From Mobula hypostoma (taxonomy: Eukaryota): DNA of 64,000 nt. Below the pieces are notes generated by a model. The model saw only the letters and a program-made list of their open reading frames with translations. It was not told the origin of the DNA and ran no database searches. Shown piece by piece: positions 24,515 to 38,495 of the stretch; within the stretch, counting starts at the first letter, position 1, and each line of letters begins with the position of its first letter. A program made the position numbers and the translations under genes. Location: the NCBI RefSeq assembly GCF_963921235.1, contig NC_086108.1:68450001-68514000 (forward strand). Reading direction: 5' to 3'.

Positions 24515-25463
24515 GTAATTAGAACTCCACAGACTGCCAGATGTCCATATTGGCACAGATGTTGCTAATTTATTTTGACTAACATTTTAATTTCTTTCCA
24601 CCAGCATGTTAAACTTTTGTTTCAGAGTTCAATTCATTTGGTTCTTTAAAAAAGATCCATAACTCTTGTTTGCACACTTCTTTAATTTGCAGGTTGTTCG
24701 ATTTAGTTGATTCAGGTGCAACAGCTGCGAAAAGACTGATCAGCAAGTAGATTGGCCACTGCTGCTGTTTCAGAGCTTAATGGGGAAAAACAGTGATCCC
24801 ATATGTCTCATAGTCAGAGAAACAAACGTGCATTAATCTTCTAAAAAGTATTTATCTCTTTTCAAAGATATTTCTTATTGGAAATGTTAGAATTTTCAAT
24901 CATTTTTCAATTAAATAAAGAAGGCTGTATGCACCTCTATCACCATGTTTGGAGTTTTTACAGTTTAGTGCTTTCCAGTTTTTTTTCTATTTCATCAGTA
25001 AGATTAAATTGCATTCTGGTTTGTGAGAGCTTCAAACACAGAATAGTGAATTTAAGGTGAGACTGAGACCTTAATGTTTAAGCAAGATGTATACATATTA
25101 TGGGACAGGGATATTGGAACAGAAGTAACAAATTATTGATTTAAAACAAATTTAGATTATATTTTTGTCATATTTTCAATAATTTACATAACCACTATCC
25201 ACAAACTTCAACCCAAATACCTGTACATATTAAAGCTGAGTTTGAAGCCTCGACAAGCTATAATGTTCGCAATGATTTCTGAATTTTTACAAACAGTCTC
25301 AAAAATTACATCAAATATATATTAAAATAAAATTCTAACAGCCTAAATGGATGCAAGAAAATTTGAACAGATTATTGGGTTAATATTGTATAAAAATATC
25401 ATAGCATTTAATATAAAGAATCTTAACCATAAAGTGTCAAAACTTGATTAAATTTTATGTTAA

Positions 25464-25862
<399 letters not shown>

Positions 25863-28300
25863 AGTACCTAGTTAGTGTCACATCAAGAACAAATGGAACT
25901 TTAAAAGGCTTATATTGAAAATGGACTTAATAAGCCATTGTCACCTGAGTATTAACATAAAATATTCTGTGATGAAGCAGGAAATGATTTTATAATGCTA
26001 GAAAACTTCGATGCATTGAATGTTCTTTCATAGCTGTTGTTGTTCAAAATATACATAGATAACATGTGCAGGAATTTTTACACAGCCTGCTACTTTTCCT
26101 ACCTTCTTTGAAGGTGGATCTTTTTAAGTCATCCATCCACAATTTAAAAATATGAAGAAAATTTGACATTTTTACAAAAAGTAAATCTCAAAACAGAATA
26201 CATCTAAATTGATTAACTAAAACAGCACCCCCACCACCCCATTATTCAAAGAAACAGATCTGCTGATGCGCTTTTGCAGATGTTTTTGTTACTCCCTTTT
26301 CTTTGTATCATGTAAACGTAAAATATTACCTGGATGGGAAAGGGAAAAGGGGGATACCTGATGACATAACTTAAACAATGTTGCCAAAGAGTTGGTCTCT
26401 TTGCTGAAAATGGGTTTCAAAAGATCTATTTTTATATTTAAAAAAAAAGGAATTTTTACAGGATCTGGATTTGAAAATGAATATTTTGACTGACTAATAC
26501 AGGGGAAAAGAACAATTTTGTCACATTCATACTGTACTGATACTTTTTAGGATCAAGATGTATGTTTAAATTTGGGCTGTAGATTGTTTTTCTGAACGAT
26601 GGAAAAAAAACAGATGATGTTCATATCTTTCGTAACAAAATAGCAGGGAGTAATCTCCCCAGGCACACAGTTCCCCACAGTCAAAACCCAAAAGCAAGGA
26701 GATTCGTTGCTAGACATTTTTTTTAAGTCATCAGTAAGAGGCAATGTCATAAAATTGCTGATTTTTTTTTCCTAAAATAAATGCCAAAACTTCCTTGAAG
26801 CAGTAGGTAGGTGCTAATGAGATTACATATCTTGACTCCAAATGAAAATATTTCTTGTTTTATTCGTACTGATGTTACTTGTTTGTGTTGAATTTGTTGA
26901 TGACTTTGATTCCATTTTAGCCTTCAGTATTCCATTTTGGCAAACAGCATATGATTAGCATTTGTGTCATTTTATCAACTATTTATTTTGTTGCTGATCT
27001 GATGCATACTGCCAAACCAAATTTAGCTAGTTGGTTACAATATCTAATAGAAAAATGCTTCCTATATTTGTGTCTATTTCTTATGTACATAAAGATTGAT
27101 TTAATTTTATTTCTAGGTTATAAGAACTTGGTTGTTTTGTTACAATGGCAAAATGGTTCCAAATGATACTGTGAAACTAAAGTATCTAAATATTTACTAG
27201 TGCAGAAATACAAAATATTGTTTAATATATTGTCATGTTGGTTGTGAATATCTTTTAATATTAGGGATGGACAAATTGCTTTTATTTTCCATTATGCAGA
27301 GAGCTAAGGGAACAAAATGGCTGAGGGAGTCCGCTCCTTTGTCCAGTGCACTGATAATTTTAGTTATGTTGTGCTTGTAAGAGTGAAAAGGTCATGCTCT
27401 TCCCTGGATACTAGAAAAGTAACTCGCTATGCATAATATAGTCGATAGTTAAATTTGCTATTGCTTTTGTCTTGTTAATAACCTTTTCAATAAAGTTGTC
27501 TTATTAGTATCGTTGTTATGGTTAATGTGCTTATTTTGTGCATTTTTCAATGCTAAACCCACTAATTGCATGTAGAGGAAATACTTTTACATTGAAGATG
27601 GACTTACAATGAGCAAGTGTGCAAGCATATAATGCATTACTTTAAAAATGTTAAACTAAAATTTTAACAGAACCCTCAAACAGTATTCAGGGATTATATT
27701 ATATTACAACTGCTGTGAATGAGCTGAATTGCTGGGAGAGTTTGCTGTATTTACTAAGCATTAGTGGGGAAGGCATGTAAATTTTTCTCTACAATGTGTT
27801 TGTTTATTAAAATATTTCTAGGACCAGGCAGTAAAATTTCACTAATTATGAATGACTTAAATGTTAGCATAGCTAATTTAGATTATTTCTGAAAACAGCT
27901 GTAAATGTTTTTTCATAAAACTGTTGTGTTGAATTATTTGTACTTTTAATGTCAAACAATAAACTGACGTGTGCATAATACAGTGCCCTAGTTGCTATGT
28001 TTCTATGGTCTTGACTTATTGACTGCTAGATCTTTGGATTTTCAGAAGCCCAGAGATATTTTCTGAAATGATTTGTTACATGTTCGGCATTATTGCCATG
28101 GCTCTTAACATCTAAGTATGACGATGAATTAGTCTGAGGAGCTAAAGAGGAAAATAATTGACATCATTACTCAGAATCCATCACTACAGTCAGTAATGGC
28201 TGTGGAACACGTCAAAAAACACATGCTTAGAAAATAGATTTCACCCTTTTTTGTATGTTTTAATTGTGTACAGTAATAAAGCCTAAAAGGAATCCCAACA
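25863..28300 (+). promoter_or_regulatory. ELAVL4: ELAVL4 3'UTR region (AU/U-rich, repeat-free) with several candidate polyadenylation signals
   Basis: AATAAA at 26776, 27489, 27958 and 28275; the 27489 site is followed by GU/U-rich sequence. No recognisable transposon until about 28540. The true 3' end cannot be determined from the sequence. Confidence 0.65.
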
Positions 28301-28539
28301 AAAGTTCATGAGGTTTGCCAAGAAGACAAAATAAACCATTCTAGATTAGTTTACCAACTAGAATATGTGGTAAAACTGTACTTGCGCAGATTCCAGAAGT
28401 ACAAGAATGAACACAGCTTCAAATGAACATAGCTTCTGTGCACCTATCTGAGAAGGGCAACAAACTTTAAAGATGTAGCAAGGTACCAGAAATATGGAAA
28501 TAAATAAAGCTTTAAGTGAGATAGGGATAGCTGCAGGTT

Positions 28540-28870
28540 TAAGTTTAAGACTGTTTAATGTAATTTCCTGTACACAAGTGTAAGGAAAACAGAATAATTA
28601 TTTCTCCAGATCCAATATAGCCCAAAAAAGATAAAGAACACAATAATGATTATAAAAAGCTCACAATGAATATAAATACATAAGATTGATTATATGTCCA
28701 TAATAAATAATAAAGTAGTGGTGGAGGTGTTGATCAGTCTTGCTGCTTGGAGAAAGTGTTTTTGAGTCTAGTGGTCCTGGTGTGGATGTTACATAGCCTC
28801 CTCCCAGATGGGAGTGGGACAAACAGTCCATGAGCAGGGTGTGTGAGATCCTTCATGATGCTACTGACTT
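28540..28870 (-). mobile_element. Rex1/Babar-like LINE 3' fragment
   Basis: Same organisation as 39470-40040 and 40240-40825 (ttgagtctagtggtcctgg...cctcccagatggga), with a short-repeat tail. Confidence 0.55.
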
Positions 28871-31800
28871 TAAGAGAGAACATCATTCCTCATCAGTGAG
28901 ATACAGAGCACTAGTGTCATCTGGGATACTCATTCAATTACTGGGGAACACTGTTGTATTAAGGATTAGAATGCAGAGATTTTGTCTGGACTATAATTAC
29001 AATAATTATAATTAATAGACACAGTGCTTAGCACTACTGTCTCACAGTTCCAAGATGCTAGGTGCAAATTGCACATGCTTTCTATGACCACGTGGGCTTC
29101 CTCCTACTGCTTTGTGTTTATTCGATTTCACACGATGTGTAAGGTGGTCAGGTAATTGCTGTAAGTAAGCCCTAATGTACTGTAGTGATTGATGAATGCA
29201 ATAAATCATCTCTATCACTTATAGCCACTGCAGTCACTGCCTTCCTCCTCTGTTGGGAAATGCAGCGAGTGATATTCTGCATTGATTTCCCTGCAAGCTA
29301 CTACACTTACTTCTACTACGCATCAGTCTGCACCTGAGGGCTATTTCTAAATACTGTAGCAGATTGTCAGAGTTCCACTGTATATGAATTGATTTCTTTG
29401 TGAATGCTGTGACCATTGAGAAAGATTGCTGAGATCTGCTACAGATACCTGGTGTGGAATTGAGAGTCAAGCTGACTTTGACTTCCACGGACAGAGCAAT
29501 CCACGTATGAGAGTACAGCTTTATTTTTCCTGACACATTTTGTATTTCTTAGTATTTACTGCCTTGGAAAATTTAAACCTGTGAAGCATAAAGTACAAAT
29601 TGTATCTGTTATTATCGAGTCTTTTACAGATTGAGTTAAAAGTTAGAACATACATCTGTAATTAAGGTCAAAAAGTGAAAGGGCAAATATGTATAAAATA
29701 TTTAAAATCATCTAAAGATGCCCTCAATTTGTGAACATTTAATTTACAAAAATGTTCACCTTAACATCATCGTCTCTTTGATAGGGTAAGTATTGTTGAT
29801 TTACCAAGGTAATTTTCTCACTTTCCCTATAGGAGTACGTTGTACCAAAATTCCCAATAGGCACTTCAACCAGTCTTTGATTCAGAAAATTAACAAATTA
29901 TTTCTGGGAATTAGTCACTTGTGTAAATTAAGAAATAACTGTATTTTGAATTGTTTATTTAAGGAATTATAATCAATGAGTGGAATAAATCATGTTAGCT
30001 GTGGCCCCAGCAAGTGGACAGGGAGGCTTTGGTAAGAGAATGGGGAAACATAACGATGATGTGGTGAGCCAGATGCCCACTCATCAGAATATCCCTATGG
30101 TCAGATAGCAAGTGATCAGAATTTACTACATATAGTAGTTCTAAAAGTGTATGTAATTGTACCACAACACCTATATTTTAAAATTACAACATTGAATCTG
30201 AACCTGCAGAACAAAGCAATATTTCAAGTATGTAATACAATCATATACTGTGCTGTGATGGTTTGATGGCAAAATGGACTTATTCAGGAAAGTAATGATA
30301 TCCAGCATTATTTGACACAATAAATTATAGTAATCACAAGATTTGTGGCAAATCACCTTCGTAATTGAAAACTAGCAGATGCTAGAAATCTGAAATAAAA
30401 ACAGAAAATGGTTGAAGCACTCGGTGACAATCTTCTGCCAAACGGGTCTTTGACGTGAAATATTAATAATTCTCTTTCTCTTCCTGCTCAATCTGCATTT
30501 ATTGTTTTCATTTACAGTTTATCATTTGCCATGCTTATGATAATATTAACCACAGAAGTAACCACAAAGATGTCTAGAAAAATAATCACACTTGGAATAA
30601 CTGAAAGTTTTAATTAAAAAAACAGTACTCCAGTTTGTTCACAGCTGGGAACTGTAAAAATAAACCACAATTGGAATAAAGAATTATAAATGTGATACTG
30701 AGTACCATTCAGAGCCTCAGTGTGTTCAAATGAAAAAATGCAGCCAGTAAGAGAGTGGGTTTAAAAAGATATTCTGGCAGCACCTAATTTCTGTTTAGCA
30801 AACTCTAGCAAACAAAATAATGATCAAATAATCTATTCAAGTGCTGTTGGTTGATAAATATTGGCCCAGAGCACTGAAGAATTACTCTACTGCTCTCCTT
30901 TGAAACAGGCGACTGATTCCCCAACAGAACACTCCCTTTGTGTTATACAGAATTATTAGTCCAAACAATTTTGCTCAAGTATCTTAAGTGGAGGTTTACC
31001 CACAAACTAATAACTCACTGCAGATTGATTTCACTGATCTACAGTTGATGTCCCATACTCCCATTGCTCCCCATGGCTTTTCATAACATTACCTGCACTG
31101 TTGAATTATTTTATAAAATGATTTATGAACACTTCAGCAATAGCTATTGATATTTTTTAAAACTCCTTTTTCTAAATTAACCATTATTCTGATTTCCAGT
31201 AGTTCCTGAATGGCACTCAGTTTTGTTAGAAATTGATTATCAAGAAATTAATCCAATATTGCCTATGCAATATGTCTTTACTATATAGCATGGCATCTGG
31301 AAAAGTGATATATGGACAGTAATTATCAAGTGATAGATTATCAAATTAAAAATTGACACTGCAAAAATACTCCAATGACGATGATTTAGAAATAACAAAT
31401 TAAAACACATTTATTGTATGGCAATTATTTCAAAGTTACTTGTTTAATATTTAATGTGGAAATCTGATATAACTTTACCGACTTTAAATAAAGTTGTTAA
31501 CTAACTTTTAATTGCATTTTATTTCCTTCTCATTACTCTTTAGAATGGAAAACATTAAAACAACAAATTTATAGTTGGTCCACAGTGGTGTGTTGAGCTT
31601 TTCAATGAACTATGGTTTCATAAATCTGCAGACATAGGCTGAATTGTGTTTCTCTCTTAGCAGCAGGTTTGCAGTAACTACTGCACTGTATTATTCAGCA
31701 CATCTTACATTTCTGCATTCTCAGTGTCAAATATAAGTTGCACTTGAGTTCAAATGCAATAGCTGCTGGACTCAGCCCACTTTGTCCCTGGGCCCAGTTT

Positions 31801-32099
31801 TATTCATAGCAATTTGGTTGGGATTGCCAATTTCCATGGGATTTTTTGTCTGCATTTTAATTCATATTTTTACCTTAATTTTCATAAGAGAATGTCTGCT
31901 GTCTGAGGATTAGTTGCTACTTATGAACCACTCCATTATATGAGACAGCGCATGAGCATTGTGTCGGGATGAACAAAACCACCAACTATGTGAACATTGA
32001 TCAGGCCTATCACAGTACTGGAAACCAAAATAAAATATTAGATTGGTAGTGTAGAAACATACTGTCCATAATGCCCATCCTTTATGCATGCATGAGCCC

Positions 32100-32610
32100 A
32101 AATCCAACTATGCCTTTCCCAGCTAAATACAGACCAAATACCTTGTAAGTGTTGTAATTGCATCTGTTTTTACCACCTCTGGCAAGCTCGTTTCAAGTAA
32201 TCACCACCCTCTGTAAGAAACTTGCTTCTCAAATCTGCAAACTTCCTCCTTCCCATCTTAAACCTGGGTCCTGAGCTCGGAGTTCTGCTGCCATAGAGCA
32301 TCTATCCTATATATGTCCCTCATAATTTTACAAACCTCAGTACTATTATCCCCCAGCATATTATTTTTCACAGAGAATAAACCCAACCTGTCCAATCTCT
32401 CCTTATTACTACAGCCTTCTGTCCTGTATTCGTTATTGCTACCACATCTTTCCTGTACTTTGGAGACCAGAACTACATCTAATGCTCTCATGTGCAGTCT
32501 AATCAATGTTTTGTACAGCTGCAATACTACATTTTGACTTTTATCTCATATCCACAGCCCAGCCAAATGCCTTCTTTCATTATCTATCCACTTGTAGTGC
32601 CATTTTCATT
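32100..32610 (-). mobile_element. Old CR1 3' fragment
   Basis: Minus strand reads LQLYKTLIRLH...KERLDRLGLFS...EVCKIMRDI. Confidence 0.7.
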
Positions 32611-32611
32611 A

Positions 32612-34010
32612 CATTTCTCATGAGTGCAGTAGAACAAAGGGATCTGGGAAGGCAGGTCCATAATTAAAAGCAACAACACGGGTAGATAGGGTTGTAAAGA
32701 AACCCTTTGTCATATTGGACTTTGATTTATAAAGTACAGGAGATAGGATGTGATGTGATGTGGCTCTATATATTGGTGAGACCCAACACAGACTGGGAGA
32801 TCATTTCGCTGAACACCTACGCTCTGTGCACCAGAGAAAGCAGGATCTCCCAGTGGTCACACATTTTAATTCCACGTCCCATTCCCATTCTGATATGTCT
32901 ATCCATGGCCTCCTCTGCTGTCAAGATGAAGCCACACTCAGGTTGGAGGAACACCTTATATTCCGTCTTTGTAGCTCCAACCTGATGGCACGAACATTGA
33001 CTTCTCTAACTTCTGTTAATGCCCCTCCTCCCCTTCTTACCCCATCCCTTATTTATTGTTTTACCCCCTTCTTTCTCGCTCTCTTTTTTCTCCCTCTGTC
33101 CCTCTCACTTTAACTCCTTGCCTGCTCTCCATCTTCCTCTGGTGCTCCCCTCCTCCTATCCCATGATCCTCTCCCTTCTGCAGCCTTGTATCCCTTTTGC
33201 CAATAAACTTTCCTGCTCTTAGCTCCAGCCCTCCTCCTCCTGTCTCCTCCTATCATTTCGGATCTCCCCCTCCCCCTCCCACTTTCAAATCTCTTACTAT
33301 CTCTTCTTTCAGTTAGTCCTGACAAAGGGTCTCGGCCCGAAACATTGACTGTACCTCTTCCTATAGAAGCTGCCTGGCCTGCTGCGTTCCACCAGCATTT
33401 TGTGTGTGTTGCTTGAATTTCCAGCATCTGCAGATTTCCTCGTGTTTGCGTTTTTAAGACATTGGTGAGGCCTGATTTGGAGTATTGTGTGCAGTTTTGG
33501 CCACCTATCCACAGGAAAGATGTTAATAAGGTTCAAAGAGTATAGAGAAATTTTACAAAGATGTTGCTGGGTCTGGAGGTTTAAGTTATCAGGAAAAACT
33601 GAATAGGCTAAGACTTTATTCATTGGAATGTGGAAGATAGAGAAGTGATTTGATAGAGGTATACAAAATTATAAGGGGTATAGATACGGTAAATGCATGC
33701 AAGCTTTTTCCACTGAGATTGAGTGGACCTACAACCAGAGGTCATGGGTTAAGTGTGAAAGGTGAAAAGTTTAAGGGGAACATGAGGGGAAACTTCTTCA
33801 CTCAGAGGGTGGTGAGAGTGTGGAACGAGCTGCCAGTCCAAGTGGTGCATGTGAGCTCGATTTCAGCACTAAGGTTTGGATAGGTACATGGATGGTAAGG
33901 GTATCGAAGGGCCTGGTGCAAGTGGATGGGAGTAGGCAGTTTAAATCATCTGACTCAGACTTGATGAGCGAAAGGGCCTGTTTCTGTGCAGCACTTTTCT
34001 ATGACTCTAT
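32612..34010 (+). mobile_element. CR1 3' fragment interrupted by a PLE
   Basis: EQRDLG-like start; resumes after 33452 with RPDLEYCVQFW, IEVYKIIRGID and GNFFTQRVVRVWNELP. Confidence 0.75.
32760..33451 (+). mobile_element. PLE 3' fragment (GIY-YIG plus terminal repeat)
   Basis: LYIGETQHRLGDHFAEHLRSVHQRKQDLPVVTHFNSTSHSHSDM. Decayed hammerhead motif at 33314-33351. Confidence 0.85.
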
Positions 34011-35259
34011 ATCTAAATAGACTTCATTCATCAAGACTGAATAAAAATTCAATTAATTTGGGATTTTGTTTATTTTTTCAAAGAAGCTTTCAATTGTTAA
34101 CTTAAAGTAAGTAAAGGTGGCCAGATGGCATAAAGCACCAGATTCTGAGCAATTCAACTGCAGCTAATTGCATTCAATCTTTTCTTAAATGTCAAATTGA
34201 TGATCTCATTTGAGTTGTTAGGAAACAGGATCTGGCAAAGAAGAACAGTCTCTCCAAGAAAGGAAAATTTGGCAGGATTTTCATTCTGAATTTTTCTGCC
34301 CTGTTACAATGTGGTACTGCAAAAATGCAGGTAAAAAGAAAAGAAATAATCTCTTAAACTGAATGCCATTTGGGAGCATCCATATCTAAGAATATATGGA
34401 TGACTAACATAAAACAAATATACCAATCCACATACTGTATTAAATTATATCAGTGCAATTAGAGCTGTATTGCACACAAGACTAATTTTCACAAAATAGG
34501 GAAGATAGTGTTGAACTGATGCTTAGCACAAGCTAAATGTACCAGCGTCTTAGAATGGGCAGCACCAGACTTCCTGATGGAAAAACTCTCAATAATTTGA
34601 AGAGGTCAGTCTCCCAGACTAATTGCTACATTAGATTACCAAGAAGCAAGTGATCTCCATAAAAAAAATGAAATATAAAGTTTAACATGTAGTTAACCCT
34701 CAGCAAGTGGACTAAAAATTGACAAAAATCTCTAATCCAGTGTATTGTAAGAAAGTAGGGGACTCCAACAAAATTTTCAAACCACCGTGAGCTGACAGGA
34801 GGTGCTGAGGAAGCTATTAAATAAACTCAAGAGGGGCTACAGGTAGAATGTAATTATATTCTTTGAATTTCTCTGGTGTTACTGTTATCAAGGATTCACA
34901 AAAACAAATACCGTACATTTCATAAATTATAAAGATGGTGTCATCATGTCTGATTCTAAAGCCAGCAGCCTTTGGAAATGATAAACATTTGAATTATCGC
35001 TCGTGTAAAATTCATTCAACAACCTTCCTGAATGCTAATAAACTCAGATATATGAAATTTAAAAAAAAAAGAAAATTCTAGTAATAGTTTGCAGGTTAGA
35101 TATTCTAAAGTTAAACCAATATTTAATGGATAGCTTGTAAATTAACCATAGTTTGGGATAATTTCTTATGCAAATGAAGAAACTTCCTTTGAGTGATAGT
35201 TGGAATGTGTTGCATACAGAGTTCTTGATGTCTGTACTCACCATGACACCAACTTAAAA

Positions 35260-35880
35260 TAACCCATCTGGCTGCATATGATCAATTTCCCTCAATGCTC
35301 TGCCTGTTCATGTGCCTGGTTAATGCCTGTTTAATGTTGCTATCATACATCCTTCCATCACCTACCATGGAAGTGCATTCCCGGTGCATAACGTTCACTG
35401 TGTGAGAAACTTTGCCTCACAAATCTCAGTTAAACTTTCCACGTCTCACCTCAAATCTGGGTCCTCTAGTATATTACCATTTCCATGTTGGAATAAATGT
35501 GGACTAAATACCGCATTTATGCTCCTAATTAATAATTACACTTCTATCAGGTCGCTGCTCAGCCTCTGACACTCCAGAGAGAATTGAATCAGAGTTTGAC
35601 TTAACTCTCCTCAGCTAACATTCTGTAAACCAGGCTAAGTGCTGGTGAACCTCTTTTTCACTCTCTCCAAAGCCTCTATATCCTTCCTGAAAATGTCGCA
35701 ACCAGAACTGCACACATAGTCAAATTGTGGCCTAACCAAAGCTTTAGACAGCCGCAAAATGATGTCCCAATTTTTCTAACCACCGCCCCAACCAGTAAAG
35801 ATGAGTATACCATACGCCTTCTCTACCACCATATCTACAATTTTCAGGGAGCTTTAGACTTGCATCTCAAGGTTCCTCTA
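35260..35880 (-). mobile_element. Old CR1 3' fragment
   Basis: Degenerate reverse complement of the CR1 RT C-terminus (accagaactgcacacatagtcaaattgtggcctaacc). Confidence 0.6.
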
Positions 35881-36507
35881 TTATTGGTGAAGCTTGACTT
35901 GCTCCAGCACACTTGGCGGGTTCAGGCAAACCCCAGAAGCTAGGAATATGCTTGGAAAAATGCATTACCTACCAGGATCTCCTCACATACAGTATACCTG
36001 CGGCATTTGATATTATTGTTGTTAAAACATTATAATTTATTGTATTACCTTGTACTACCTCAGTGCACTGTTGGAATGAATTGATCTATATGAGCAAGGC
36101 AAGCTTTTCACTGCACCAATTTACCATTTAAAGCCTGAGCATAGGAATGCTAATTGCTAAGAGTTGCCACTGTGCCAATTTACTTGATAGCCCTCACAGC
36201 ATTTCACGCATATCCTGAATTTCCAGCTTCTGAACTGAATCTACTGCAGAAGCAAACCCTGTATATTTTGCACGAATCACTCCAACTTCCAAGTATTTCA
36301 GATTCAGTTTCTACCAAATAGAATTTGATCACTATATCTACATGGTTAGTACAAGCATAATCATTAGCATTTTACATTGAAGCATTTGAGACAATTATCT
36401 AATGTTGTTGCTGGAAAAAAGGAATGATTTTCCTTCCTAAAAGAGAAATGCATTTTAGATTCAGAATAATACTTCATTAATTTACATATAATATAGAGCC
36501 TTAATTA

Positions 36508-37791
36508 ACACACATCAAAGTTGCTGGTGAACGCAGCAGGCCAGGCAGCTTCTCTGGGAAGAGGTACAGTCGACGTTTCAGGCCGAGACCCTTCGTCAGG
36601 ACTAACTGAAGGAAGAGTTAGTAAGAGATTTGAAAGTGGGAGGGGGAGGGGGAGATCCGAAATGACAGGAGAAGACAGGAGGGGGAGGGATGGAGCCAAG
36701 AGCTGGACAGATGATTGGCAAAGGGATATGAGAGGATCATGGGACAGGAGGCCTAGGGAGAAGGAAAAGGGGGAGGGGGGAAAACCCAGAGGATGAGCAA
36801 GGGGTATAGTCAGAGGGACAGAGGGAGAAAAAGGAGAGTGAGAGAAAGAATGTGTGTATAAAAATAAATAACGGATGGGGTACAAGGGGGAGGTGGGGCA
36901 TTAGCGGAAGTTAGAGAAGTCAATGTTCATGCCATCAGGTTGGAGGCTACCCAGACGGAATATAAGGTGTTGTTCCTCCAACCTGAGTGTGGCTTCATCT
37001 TTACAGTAGAGGAGGCCTTGGATAGACATGTCGGAATGGGAATGGGATGTGGAATTAAAATGTGTGGCCACTGGGAGATCCTGCTTTCTCTGGCGGACAG
37101 AGCATAGGTGTTCAGCAAAATGATCTCCCTGTCTGCGTCGGGTCTCGCCAATATATAGAAGGCCACTCTGGGAGCACCGGACGCAGTATATCACCCCAGC
37201 CAACTCACAGGTGAAGTGTCACCTCACCTGGAAGGACTGTCTGGGGCCCTGAAATGATGGTAAGGGAGGAAGTGTAAGGGCATGTGTAGCACTTGTTCCG
37301 CTTACAAGGATAAGTGCCAGGAGGGAGATCAGTGGGGAGGGATGGGGGGACGAATGGACAAGGGATTCACATAGGGAGCGATCCCTGCAGAAAGCAGAAA
37401 GGGGGAAGGAAAGATGTGCTTAGTGGTGGGATCCCGCTGGAGGTGGCGGAAGTTACGGAGAATAATATGTTGGACCCGGAGGTGGTGGGGTGGTAGGTGA
37501 GGACCAGGGGAACCCTATTCCTAGTGGGGTGGCGGGAGGATGGAGTGAGAGCAGATCTGCGTGCGTGAAACGGGGGAGATGCGTTTGAGAGCAGAGTTGA
37601 TGGTGGAGGAAGGGAAGCCCCTTTCTTTAAAAAAGGAGGACATCTCCCTTGTCCTGGAATGAAAAGCCTCATTCTGAGAGCAGATGCAGCAGAGACGGAG
37701 GAATTGCGAGAAGGGGATGGCATTTTTGCAAGTTGTGAGAAGGGGATGGTATTTTTGCAAGATGCGAGAAGGGGATGGCATTTTTGCAAGA
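36508..37791 (-). mobile_element. 5'-truncated Penelope-like retroelement (RT thumb, GIY-YIG, terminal repeat) with a 13-bp TSD
   Basis: AGAGCCTTAATTA occurs at 36495-36507 and 37792-37804. Encodes GVIYCVRCSQSGLLYIGETRRRQGDHFAEH...MNIDFSNFR and CKNAIPFSQFLRL...EMSSFFKERGFP. Confidence 0.92.
36567..36604 (-). ncRNA. Minimal type I hammerhead ribozyme motif with intact core and stem I
   Basis: Minus strand TAGTC-CTGACGA-AGG-GTCTCGG-CCT-GAA-ACGT-C^GACTG. Stem I UAGUC/GACUG is fully paired (one G.U). Confidence 0.75.
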
Positions 37792-38119
37792 AGAGCCTTA
37801 ATTATGTGTTTTTGTTTTGTGCATAGCCTCAATGATATAAATTTGATTGGAATGATTGTGAACATCATTTTAAGTTAACATACTGCTTTCTTTCATTAAT
37901 GGTCTCATCCTTTATTGTAGCTTTTCCTTCTCTTGTGTATGTCTATTAATCTTTTTTAACATTTACAGCAGTTTCCTTTGCTGATTAAATCTTGGGCTTA
38001 TTTTCAGATCACTGAAAAGTATATGACAAATGCTGGCATGTATCACTGGGTACAAGACTATTTTGACCCTTGCAATGCCCAGGCATTGTATGCTATGGAC
38101 CAAGTACTGGTAAATAGGA

Positions 38120-38495
38120 AAGAAGAGAAAATCTGCAGATGCTGGAAATCCGAGCAACACACACAAGATACTAGAGGAACTCAGCTGGTCAGGCAGTATC
38201 TATGGAAAAAAGTACGGTTGACGTTTCAGGCTGAAACATTTCGGCAGGACTGGAGAAAAAAGCTGAGGAGTAGATTAGAAAGGTGGGGGGAGGGGAGAGG
38301 GAAACACCAGGCGATAGGTGAAACTTGGAGGGGGGAGGGATGAAGCAAAGAGCTAGAAATTTGATTGGTGAAAGAGACAAAAGGACATGGAAAAAAGAAA
38401 TACCAGAGGAGGCAATGGGTGGGCAAGGAGATAACATGAGAGATGGGAAATGGTGAAGGGGTGGGAGGAGGCATTACTGGAAGTTTGAGAAATCG
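38120..38495 (-). mobile_element. Older PLE terminal repeat
   Basis: aaaatctgcagatgctggaaatc...ggcagtatctatggaaaaaagtacggttgacgtttc; same family as 2678-2870. Confidence 0.7.
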
